Assembly (NCBI RefSeq): GCF_009914755.1
Contig: NC_060927.1
Strand: one strand, 5' to 3'
Length of the DNA stretch: 64,000 nt
Origin: the human T2T-CHM13v2.0 reference genome, Homo sapiens
The notes beneath the pieces are model-generated. The model saw nothing but the letters and a program-made list of their open reading frames with translations, was not told the origin of the DNA and ran no database searches. The stretch's first letter is position 1; each line of letters opens with the position of its first letter. Positions 26,811 through 39,313 of this stretch are shown one piece after another. A program made the position numbers and the translations under genes.

Positions 26811-28899
26811 TGATTTTTTAGAAAATTATCCCTTAAAGTTTCTGATATGGTTATTCCCTATCCTTTCTTTATTTCTTGCTCTTCCACTTTCTTGATTTTT
26901 CATTTGTTTTTTTCACTCTGTCTCATTTCTCTTAGTTCTCTAGATTGGTCAATATTAATACAGGACAGGTAGCACTAACCATGATTATAATTGTAAGAGC
27001 TTTTTTAAAAATTGAGCGTTTATTATGCATCAGAGACAATGCTGAACACATTACTTGTCATCTCTTTCAGTTCTAACAATAACCTATGGGTAGTCACTTA
27101 TTTCTCCTTTCTCAGGTGAAAGAACTGGGGCCCAGAAAGTTTAGAAAATTTGTACAAAGTCATAGAATTAGTAAGTGGTGAGATTTGAACCTGGATAAAT
27201 AAACGTCAGAATCTATGTTCTTGATTTTCATGCCAAACTGTGCTAGAGGCAGGAAAAGAGAGGTGGGATAGGTTAGTAAGATAAATAGTGTAACATCTTA
27301 GTCATCTGTTTACCCCAATACCTGGTACAGTACCTGGCATGTAGAAAGTGCTCAATGACTGCTGTTGATGAACTTTCTCCTCTAATCGTATTTATTGGTC
27401 CTTAGTTTTACGAGCAATCTGCCCACTTTTCTCCACTTTGCACATCTGCCCTTCCCATGAGCTACCATCACCTCCTACCAGGACTATTGCAGTAGCTAAC
27501 TCTGACAGTTTTCTAGTTGGCTGTCAACATAGCAACCAGAGAGACCTTTCTAAAAACTCAAATCTGAGCTCATCGTTCCCCTGCTTGCCATCTCTCTGTG
27601 GTTTCTTGTTCATCTTGAAACAGAATCAGTGACCTTTCCCTGGCCTACCAGATCCTTCATGGTCTGGTCCTGGTCACTGTGTAGGTCTCACGGGCACCAT
27701 GTTTTTCCTTCATACTATGTCCTTCAGTGATAGTGAGTCTGCCTGCCAACTTCCCACCTCATAGTTCTTACATATGTTGTTACTGCTGCCTGGAAAGCAT
27801 TTTTTCTATACTCCTCCTCTCCCCAACTCAGATCTCAGACCAGAAGTCCCTGCCTAAGGAAAGCCTTTCCTGACCCTTAAATTTTAACTTTTTCACCTCT
27901 CTGCAGCAGTTATGACATTTTTCATTACATATTTATGTGATTATTTAATATGTGTTTCCCATTAGACTGTAAACTCCACGAATTTACACAATGCCTGGGA
28001 CACAGTTGGTGTTCCATAAATATTTATTGAACAAAAGAAAGAAAGAATGAATAAAATGAGCAGAGAATAAACAGAACCAGAAATAGTTTGGCCGAGACTC
28101 CTGGCTAGATATTTCCTAGCATTAGAGGGAAGTTAAAAAAAAAGATAATTTCATTATATCACGTAATTTGAGTTTGATTATGGCTGAAGAGGTTGCATTA
28201 TTTTCCAACCATTTACTTTGGAGATAAATGTAGGCACAGAGAGGTGAAGTAACTTGCCCAGTGTATGCAGCTAGTCAGTGTCAGATGTCTTTGTTATGAC
28301 CTTTGAATTGTGTGTAGGGAGAAACATACATACAATATTTTCACAACTCTGTAGGGCATCTTTGGTGTGCTGAGTCCTGTAGGAGCTGCATGAATATTTG
28401 ATAATATTGATGTTGTCATGTCTGCATTTTAAAGTGTTTTTTGAGAACATGTATTGCTGTTTTTTCTTCTTGTATACCAATGTGTTCAGAATTAGATTGG
28501 ATGACAGTCTTAAGAATACACAGTTTATGGCCTAACGATTTGTGTGTCCTGAAAGATGGTGGCCATAATTAGGAGCAGTTTGTGTTTTACTTCCACCAGA
28601 ACCGGGCAAGGACAACCCTCCTAATATTCTTGGGGTCTGAGGGTAAGGAATGCTGTTTTGGATCTCTAGCCTGTCAGCAAGGAGGGCATATTCAATTATC
28701 AAGCTCCAAAAATGCCTGTGCACAGATGCAAAACACCTAGAGTTGTGTGATGAGTTGATGCCCGAGAGCTCCCAAACTGAGAGGGGACACAAGCAGTTCC
28801 ACAGTCCTCCCTCCTAGATTCTGTGACTCCAGTAAGTGTTGACAATTCACTGGTATGTGAAATTACCTCTCCTTTTAAGTTCTCTAATAATGTGCAGTC

Positions 28900-29239
28900 T
28901 CTGCAAGCCTCAGCCAGTACCGGAGCTGGGTAAGGCTAAATAAGCTTCCCGAGGTGCTTGCCTGGCTGCTGGGCTGCCTCCCTGGCCGTGCCTGGGTCCT
29001 TGAGTAGCCCTCATTGTGGTGTGAGGCAGCGTTTTTGTCCTGCAGGTACAGTAGGTACTGGATTAAACAGGTCTGCTGTTGCAGACAGAAACCAGGCACC
29101 GTTCTAGCACAGAGCTGTGTTTGGATTGGAGTTTCCAGGGCCTTATCAGGAGCCACCCCTAGTGACACAGCCAGTGCCAGAACTAACTTTGACTTTCACT
29201 CTTCGCCAAGGGCTTGCAGAACACCTTAAAGGAAAAAAG
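28900..29239 (+). promoter_or_regulatory. MITF: MITF-H promoter and 5'UTR of exon 1H (TSS not determinable; probably ~29160-29180)
   Basis: Locally GC-richer unique sequence just upstream of the 1H ATG; GGATTA 29060-29065, inverted CCAAT 29125-29129, GATA (TTATCA) 29143-29148, CACCC at 29154. Confidence 0.65.
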
Positions 29240-29295
29240 ATGGAGGCGCTTAGAGTTCAGATGTTCATGCCATGCTCCTTTGAAAGCTTGTATCT
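29240..29295 (+). CDS. MITF: MITF exon 1H coding part (MITF-H N-terminus)
   Basis: Encodes MEALRVQMFMPCSFESLY(L), the MITF-H N-terminus; Kozak AAGATGG; donor GTAAGT 29296-29301; phase 2 joins in frame to 42083 (CT|C AGT TCC GCC = L S S A). Confidence 0.96.
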
Positions 29296-31567
29296 GTAAG
29301 TGAAGTTTTATTCTGGAAATAATCCCGGGACCACTTAAGAGGAGCAGTTTTTTTTCTCTTTAAGGGGGAGGATAAAGGAAGAGAAGGGTTTATTGGGAGT
29401 TAAAAATACTGAAGCTGTTACTTCTCACTGGCTTTAATCAGCTTCAGCTGTAACCTCTGGTAGGTGGCTATGACAAGGATAACAACTAATTTGGGGGTGG
29501 GGGTGGGGGTGGTAGATAGAAATGCTAACCCAATATCCTTGCCCTCTCCTTTAAAATTGAATACTGGTCTTAAGTTAATAATGACAAAAATACCGCGACT
29601 GCTTGAAAAATCTGAGTTAGAGCAGAGCTTGATTTATGATTGCAAGATAGACTGCAGCCCAGCTTTGTTATGAATAAAACAGGATTTTCTTCAGGAAAAC
29701 TGTGTGTTTAATACAGTAGTAACATTTGTCCAAACTCTCCCATTGTAAACACTGTGAATTTTTGGTTTCTCCCCCCACCTTTTTTTTTTTTTTTTCCTGA
29801 CTGTGGAATGGTAACAGTTGCATTAATGAACATCTTCTTTGCATTCTTGTATATTGATTTTTTTCTCTTGGAAGGGGAAACAGACATCCAAACATCAGAA
29901 TTGTCTGCCTGGCATATAAATGTAGAACAAGTTTAAAAAATGGCAATTTCAAAGAAATATTAAAATGGAGAAAAACTAAACAGAGTATAGTTCCCCCCAC
30001 ATCCTTTAACATTTACTTTCACTGTTAGGTGATAAGATTTGAAAACAGTGCTAAAAGCTGTGTCCCCAAGTGAATAGGCATTCAAGCAAATCAACTTATG
30101 CAAAAGCTACCTCTGGAGCTTAATCATTATTTACTGAACGTTCCTGGGTCATGGGAGAGGTTCTGATTAAGTCAGAAAGGCATTATGTTCAGCAGCTTGT
30201 GAAGGTGTGTTTAAAGACAGCAAGAATAATGGAAAAATACTAGATGTAGCAGATCTATTTTTAGAATTTGATTCTTAAAAAATATAAATATAATTACCAT
30301 AAGTTTAAGTGTGGGTTAAAGTTCATCATTTTCAGTAGATACATCTTTAAAAGGTCTTATAAAAGGTAGTTTTAAAAATGATTTCTAACTTCTTGAGCTT
30401 CTATTTCTGCTGCAGTTTGTTTTAACAGATACTTTAGATTTTTTTCATTCTTTATGTCGTCATAACAGCTTAATTACTCACCTCTATAAAATGTTAGAGC
30501 ATTTTCTAAACAAAGTATATATAATTATGTGTTTAAAATGTCACTATGCTAGAAATGTTATAAATTTTTGCCTTATTAATGAGATACTAGCTGGGGAGAT
30601 GATGTCTACTCTTTGTGATTCATTCTCTACAAAAATATACTCTAACTTACTAATTTTTTAATATTAATAATGGATGGCATGAACAAATGAAACTTGCTAT
30701 TCTGATTCTACGTAAGAATGGTAGTAATGTCAAACCTGAATTCACAGCCAAATTAATTCTTAATTTTGAATTTCATTCTTTTAGTTAACTAAAATACTTG
30801 TCGTAAGAGCATGCTTCCCTTATACACTCTCAGAATGAAATTCTTCACAAACACGTTTGACAAAACTTGTTCACTGAGTTATTGCCCATTAACTTTTCTG
30901 TGCGTATTCTTTTAGGAGAGCACACACTGTGAATTAATTGTTTTGTATTTTCCTCTAGGAAAGAAAAGGAACATGATAGCAGAAGGCAGCATTCTAGAAT
31001 TTTGGCTCCCTAGAAAGTAACTTGTCAGCTTTGACTCGTTTTTAGATATTAAGATGTTCAGCAGATACCATTTCAGGAATTAAAACACAGACTAGAAGAA
31101 TTCATTGCCTAACTTTTACTCATGTCCACATGGTTTGTGGGAACTATGCTAAGTATTGTGCTTGTATTAACACATTTAATTTTCACAACTGCTCTATGAA
31201 GAAGATATGTCTTTCCACCCCCATTTTGCAGCTGAGAAAACTGAGGCTTGGATAGGTGAAAAACCATGCCCAAGTGATACAGCTAAGAAATGACAGGGCT
31301 AGGAATTTGACCCAGGGATCCTGGCTCCAGGGCTTAATGCTATTATCTGTTGTGGTCTGTGGATTTTCACTTAAGATACTAAATGAATCAATATTTCTTC
31401 CTCTGCTTTTTTATCTAGTGGGTTTCTCCTATCCCTAGATTTCTGAATTACCAAACTGTAACTCATTTGAGCTCTTGAGGGGCCGTGTTTGGTCCTGATG
31501 CCACGGTTTTCGTCTACCAGGTGTATTTCCCTGAGTCCAGTTCACCATTGATTATAAGACAGCTATT

Positions 31568-31862
<295 letters not shown>

Positions 31863-32769
31863 AAGACAGCTATTTGGTGGAGAAAGAAACTTACTAAAAT
31901 ATATTCATTGATTATATGATCTCTTCTGACTTGGGAAATCTTAACATGTGGAGGGAAAGTTCCTCTTAGAATTAAGGAACTGTCGTAGATCCCTAGAGCC
32001 CAGAGTTCTCCGTCTCTGGATGATTCAAGCAAATGGTTTGAATAAGGGTGCACCAACTCTAAGGTTCTAGTATTATTAGATTCTATGAGGTAGAATATTT
32101 GTTGGGAGACAGACACCAACTTTACTCACTGAACAAATATTTATTTTGTTCTACTATGTGCTGGAGAGACAATATGTGAATAAAACATGTAAACATCTCT
32201 GCCCTCCTGGAGCAGATTGGACCAGGTCATGAAGGACCAAGCACATACCAGTTTCATCCCTGAGTCTGGCCCTCATTCTCATGGTTCAGGATGGCTTCTG
32301 AAGCTCCAGCCAGTGCAGCCAGATTACAGGAGACATGGTGGCAGAAGGTTTAGAGAAGGGGATCATTTGAAGGAGATTTTCTGTAGCTGATTCTGATACT
32401 CAGCCATGTTTGGAAATGAATACTAAAACATTCAAGATCACCTGTTTGTTTAGTAGGCGAGCTGGGACATGAGCCCACATACATCTCTCATTCTTAAGCC
32501 AGGACACTTTCCTCCATGTCTGACAAAATTCACATTCTCTTCCCCACCTCTAGTCAGCCTGGCCAGAGGTCTGAAAAGCCCTTCTGATACTGAATTCAGT
32601 GTTTTGGATGGAATCAAATGAGAAGGACTACTCACTCCTGCCAAATGGGCTATGAAACCACCCCAAAACATCTATCCATAAACTGCCCATGGCTTTTTGT
32701 GGGTACAGCACAACTGCTTTGTCATAAACAAAAGGAACCGATAGGCTGAATCTATAGGAACTGCCTCCC

Positions 32770-33123
32770 CCTCAGGAGGTACTATGAGATGGGTCGTATG
32801 AAGCTCCTCCTGCTCGTATGACTCACTTCACAATACCTCTCACCCCATGTCCTTCTCCAGCTGAGGATCCCACAATCTCCTAAGATGTAAACTTTAAGTT
32901 ATGTTGAAATGGAGTCTTACGTAGAACTCCAGAAAACAGTTTCGGTGGTGTTCTTGGGGTTGTCTTAGAAGACTCTTGAGGATCTTTGTTCTTTCCTATT
33001 TTTCTTCACCTAGAACCACCATGGAGATGTATATATTTGATCTTTAATTTATATTATGCTATAGTACAGTTGCCGTAGTCAGTTGTATTTGAATTAATAA
33101 AAAAAACAGGCAAAAAAAAAAAA
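32770..33123 (+). pseudogene. Unidentified polyA-tailed insert, candidate 5'-truncated processed pseudogene
   Basis: Absent from the paralogous right arm; AATAAA 33096-33101 then A12 at 33112-33123; possible degenerate CDS end (TAA 32881) followed by 3'UTR-like sequence. Parent not recognised. Confidence 0.55.
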
Positions 33124-33168
33124 GCCAGTCTGTTTCATCACAAAAAGGAATTCTTAAGAATGTTTTGA

Positions 33169-33633
<465 letters not shown>

Positions 33634-33899
33634 GATATATATATTTTTAAATGGCAGTCTGGGTGTCTAACATTTCAGAGTGATTGGCACTTCTGTTATC
33701 TACTTAAATCTAATTGGCGAAACTTAGCATGTAGCCAGTCCAGCTCTGGAGACCTGGGAGATGTTGTGGGTGGGAGTGTGCCTAGCCAAAACAAAGAGAA
33801 AATAGGAAAATAGATGGGTGCTAGGTTTTATGAATTGTAGGTCTTAGGCTGAAACTTTGACTTTTTCCCCAGTATTACTGATATTTTTTAAATGTTACA

Positions 33900-34460
33900 A
33901 AACCAGCTGTAGTATCCCAGGGTACATCAAACTGGCTTAAGAAAAAATGGAGTTTGATTGGCCCTCGTGAAGTCCTTGTCCAGGGTTAGTCCAGGGCTAT
34001 CATGACTTCAGGAATGATTTGATACAGGTGCTCAATGTCATATAAACACTGGCTCCCTCTTTCTTTGTTATTCCTTCTCATTAGTCCTCTGTTCTTTCTT
34101 TACTGTTTCCTCCAGTTTGGCTTTCTTCTCGGATAGATCCAGGAAGTTCCAGATTTACATCCTACCAGCTTTTCAAACCTTAGTTTAAAGAGACTCATTT
34201 TAACCTAATAGTTTCAGTTGAAGGAATAGGGATAACCCTTACTTGATTGTCTTGGGGCACAAGCACATTCCTGAGTTAGTCTTTGTGACCAGAAGGATGG
34301 ATTTCCTGATTGGCCAGGGTCGTACTTCCATGTCTGGAGGTAGTGACAACACCATAACCTCATGAACTGAAAGTGAAGGAGGCTGGTTATTCAAGGTTAA
34401 ATCAGGTACTTTACCAAACAAGTGGGACAGGATGCTGGGCAGCTATAAATGCCATGTGGC
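33900..34460. mobile_element. MLT1-like (ERVL-MaLR) LTR relic
   Basis: AAACTGGCTTAAGAAAAAATGGAGTTTGATTGGC...CTGATTGGCCAGG...GGATGCTGGGCAG resembles old MLT1 LTRs; boundaries approximate. Confidence 0.55.
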
Positions 34461-36258
34461 CACCATAAATCATTACTGCTATGTGTAAGGTTGCCTGTTA
34501 AACCATGACAGGTGTACCCATTCACTGCTCCTTAGATTACAGTTTGTACTTTTGTCTTTATTTCAACACAATGTTGGAAACTTTGCATCTTGGTTGACGT
34601 GTGCTAGACATGCAGTAATTGTTAAGTGATGGTGGTCTAAGGCTTTTGAATTTTCTCTGATCTGTTATAATGTCTAGAAAAACAGCCAGAGCATGCCCTG
34701 TGATTGGAACAATTATTTGAGTACAAACAGAAGGGCTTTCTACCTTTAAAAAGTTTATTCCAGTTCCTTTCACACTCATGTCTGAATTCTGTCATTAGTT
34801 TGTCATTGTGTTAGATTTTTAAAAATTGCTTTTTCTTTTAAAATACTCTCAGTGGAGCATCTTGCCATGCCGTATTAATTACTTTAAGGGATGAATTTCT
34901 CAAAGCCCTTTAAAACATGGCAGTTAGATGTGAATGGGATTCCACAGTTGGACAGAGTAAGCAAGAATTCTAGAGTACAGTCTAGTGAAAGGAAGCTTGA
35001 TATGAAAAACAGAAAACTTGAGTGTGGGGCACTTCAACTTTATCTGCTTCATAACCTTTCAATGGTTTGGCTCTCAGAGGCGATTTCCTTGAAAGGAATT
35101 GAGTGTTAAGATTGTGCCAACCCATAATGGCATCTGTGGAAAATGGAGATCAGTCGTGGTCATAAAATGAGGAAATGGCAAAGTTCATATCCTTAGTTTA
35201 AAATATCTTTTAGTAAGAACTTGATATTCCTCTTAGTTGGAGTATACATAAGTGAGACACACTTTGGTAAAAAAAAAATAACCAACTTAAAAAAAATCTG
35301 CTGATGAAAATTGCCTGGAAGAGCATTGTTCGTATGTTACAGAGGTCTCTAAACATTTTTGATCCTTCTTCCTAGTTAATTTCTTTCAAGAAAACCTTCT
35401 CAACACATTTTCATTTGATTTATAAGTTATGTACATGTGCAACTATACTATTATATAACATGTACAAAAATAAAAAATGAAAGTGATAATATAAAATATA
35501 TATGAAGAAATGTTTTAATTTTTTCTTCCTGCACCCAGGTTGTCATTTTTGGTATGGATTTTTGGAGAATACTGATATATTGGGAAACTTATTAAGGTTC
35601 TCCTTGATTTTTATCTAATCAGTCATTGAGATTAGTCTTTCCTGGTACCTGTTGAAGGTCCAGCTTAAAAAAAATGTGGAGAATCCTGAATGGATATGAA
35701 ACATCTTCCATTTTTAGCAGCGAATTGAGGTCTCAGCATTAGAAAGAAAAGACTTCAGATTTTAAGTTGTGTGTGATTGGTGGTTCTTAATTTTTAGAAT
35801 GCTTTTCTCCCTATGTACTGTGAAATGTACAAAGCTCTGGAGATAGGAGCATTGTCCAGTTGCGACACCATGATATCCTGCATGTCTAGCAGCACCTAGC
35901 TTTTGGAAAGCATTTGCGTGGGGCATGAGGCTATGTTTTGTAAGCCTTTGTATTTTAGCTATGCCAGAGACCTGGAGTATTTATTATCTGAGCTGCTCAT
36001 GTTACCCCCAAAAAGGTGGAATCTTGGCAGATCTCCATTCTTTTTCTTGATGACTAAAACCCAAGTTAGGTGTTGACAGAAGTCCAGAAGATCTCAGTGT
36101 GAAGCCGAACTATGATATCTGGTACTTTCACATTTACATGGGTTACACTCCCAGCTATTTTAAGTACGAGGGATGATATAGTTTCTTATTAGTATTTTTT
36201 TCCACCATGCATGGTGAAAAACTCATCCTGAATCACTTTGGAAGGAATGGAAAGTTTG

Positions 36259-36803
36259 AGATAACAGAAGTGCCATTCACTCTGAAATGTTAGACACCCA
36301 GACTACCATTTAAAAAAAATATAGCCATTTACCAACTCTTATTTGTGCAGTTGGTGGCACTTCCAATAGATTGTTAAGAATTTCTTTTTGCTGGTGGAAC
36401 GGACTGGTTGGGGGCAGTTCTTGTAGATTCAACCTATCAGTTCCTTTCATTTATGATAAAGCAGTTGTGCTGTACCCATAAAGGGCCGTTGGAAGTTTCT
36501 GGATAGATGTTTTTGTTTGGTCTCATAGCCTATTTGGCAGGAGTAAAGTAGTCTTTCTCCTTGTGTCCCATCCAACATGTTGCATTCAGTATCAGAAGGA
36601 CTCTTCAGACCTCTGGGAAGGCTGATTGGAGGTGAGAAATGGAATGCGAATTTTCTCAGACATGGAAGAAAGTATTCTGGTCTAAGAATTAGAGGTATGG
36701 GTTCATGTTCCAGCTCTCCTACTATGCAGACAAGTGATCCTGGGTATTTTACTATTAGTTTCCAAACATCGGAATCAGTCAAGTGTCAGAATTGGCTGCA
36801 GAA
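36259..36803. repeat. Right (uninterrupted) arm of inverted duplication
   Basis: Reverse complement of the left arm; the ORF track shows the same pseudo-peptide SVSEGLFRPL on opposite strands (32450-32671 minus, 36577-36888 plus). Confidence 0.93.
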
Positions 36804-39169
36804 TTTTTGTGGACATATTGATTCCTGGGCCTTACCTAAACAAATCAGAATTTCCAGGAATGAGGCTGGACATTTTTATTTGAGATGAAGTTCTCAGCGA
36901 ATTTTGTTTTTCTCAGCTAGCCTTTTGCATTTTGAAACCCCTGTAGCTTAACCCATACATGACATAGGTTTCTCCTTTGCCCAGGAGGTTAACACTATTG
37001 AACCTTCCTGTGTCTTCACTGTGTATATGAATATCCACCACTGTGCCTCCTGGACATAAATAAATTGTACATCAGTGCAAACAAATACTAGGCTTTGAGC
37101 TCTGTCAACCAAATGACTATGATGAAGATTATTTTTTACTGAATAAAAATGCTACAATTCCTACTTTATAGCTCATGAGAGATTTGCAGAATAAATTATC
37201 TTCTCTCTCCATCCCTGAAAAAGTTTTTTGAGTTCTCTCATTTAAATGGACATTGGCTAAACTTTACAAGACATATCTTCTGTGGTCCAAACTTGCACAT
37301 AGGCATATAAAAAGTAGATTCCTTGTATCCAAAAGAAGAAGCATGCTCATGGTTTAATATTATTATTTTTACCACTAATTTTTGAACTGTATTCCAGTTT
37401 ATTGGACCATGTTTCAGTCATTGTGCTAAGTTTTTCTATCTATTAAAAATTTTAATCCTCACCACAGTGCTGAGAGGCAGATGTATTGCGAAGCACAGAG
37501 ATAGACTAACTGGGCCACAGTCACAAGTTACCGCACAGCCCAGCTGAACTCTGCCTGAGGAGTGGACTAAAGGAAACGCAAGGAAAAGTAGAACATTGCT
37601 TTAGCGTCTCTAGGTTTCTACTGATGACCAGAGTACTGTCTTAGAGGACTGTGATATTGAGACCAAAGACCAGTCCCTATGAGATAGTAAAAGAACACTG
37701 GCATCATGTCAAAGGTGAGGGGTGGGCAGACAGATGTTTGGATGCTGGAGCATTGAATTTAATGGAATTTCTGATATTGTTAGGTGGCTGACAAAGATAG
37801 AATAAAGTATTGGGATTTAGCAAAACGTCAGATAGTTCAGAGCCCATGTCCAAAATACCTATACCATCACAGAGAAGAGGGAGGCTTTGAAGGTTAAGAA
37901 TGTAAATTCTGCCATAGAGGTAGGAACTCAGGTCACATTTGGTGGCCATCTGGTGTCTGTATACCTCCAGCCACTGTGCTGAACACTTTAATTTAGTGAA
38001 CATTAACTGACCCAATCCCTGCAGCACATTAAAATGCTGGGTTTTGGAAAAGCCCAGAGAGGTCAAGTGGCTCATTAAAGCTCATGCAGCTCGGCAGTGA
38101 CTGAGCTAGCCCTTGAGTCCAATCGGTGGCCCTCCTCCTCGAGCCATTGCTGACAAATTCCCAGTTCTCAGGGGAGTTGTGTGCCTGGCTTCAGTGATGC
38201 CGATACATGCCAGTAAAGGCATTTGTCTCTCTGCCCATCGGCTTTCAAAGGGAGCTTTCTGATGGTGAGATGCCCACCTTCCCATGTGGGACTTGATCAG
38301 AGTTCCGTAGTCTAGGTAACTGACTTAATTTTAAGGCGTCTCAGAAGAATTATGTGACTGTGGCTTTAAACTCTATGAGATTAGAAACCAGGTATTCCCA
38401 GCACCTGGCAATAACTATTTGTTGAATAAATGACCTTTACATAATCTGATTAAAAGGAATCAGACTCATGGAATTAGGATTATCTAGCGAAGATTCAGCT
38501 TCATGGCCTGGGATGAGTTCAGTTAGCTTTTAAAATTAAATACATTTGGACATCTCTCCTTGTGTATCATTAGTAGCTTCAGCATCACGTCCTCGTTTTA
38601 AAAAATAAGCATTGTTGCCACTTGTAATGTTCTCACATAAACCTCAATTTGGAGCTTAAGACATTATGCTCATTTGTCCTGCTAACATTGTGACATGCAG
38701 ATATCCTTGTTTTTGTCTAGAAGGTGATAATTGCAGATTCAGTTACTTCTAAGAGAAAGGGATGTTTAGAAGATTGAGAGCAAAGCTGAGAATCTGGGAG
38801 TCATCTTTCACAATGTGGAAATATCCCGCAGGGAGTGTGTGCCATGAGGCGACTCTAATGCTTCCTTTGCACTTTTGGGTTTTTTTGCAGGAAGATTTAT
38901 TAAAACACTGTCAATTAACTGAGCTATGCTATATTTATATAACTATAAAAATATATTTGCTCTATTTTTTAGTGGGGTTTCTTTTCACTTATACTGGTCT
39001 ACTTCATACATACGTATTTTTTTTTCAGACAGGATATTTCAGAAAATGCTTTGAATGATATTGTTGTCGACTTTCACGTATGAAGACTTAGTGCAGTTGA
39101 TAACTAGAAATTTTAATTTAAGATGTCTTAAGAATGCTTTACTGTTAATTGAAAGGATTTCTTCCCCCA

Positions 39170-39313
39170 GTATCACAGCCAATGACTCGTCTTGAGCAGC
39201 TAATTAGTGCGATTATTCCACAGCTGCATTTGCTACAGCACAAAGGTTTGCTTCTGTTTTTATCAAAAGGATCAGTCTCTCTGGGAATGTTTTAACCTGA
39301 CAGGCTTTGAATA
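39170..39313 (+). other. MITF: MITF alternative non-coding first exon 1D with proximal promoter (start not determinable)
   Basis: Lies between 1H and 1B; donor GAATA|GTAAGG at 39314. GTTTTAACCTGACAGGCTTTGAATA matches my recollection of the MITF-D-specific sequence (not database-verified). Motifs: CCAAT 39179, CTAATTAG 39200-39207, GATTA 39211, E-box 39221, TCF/LEF-like ATCAAAAG 39262 and CTTTGAA 39305. Confidence 0.7.

Noticed and set aside
29117-29239. In-frame upstream extension of exon 1H in the ORF track
   Set aside because: Begins at a non-ATG codon, probably upstream of the TSS; the recognised MITF-H protein starts at ATG 29240.
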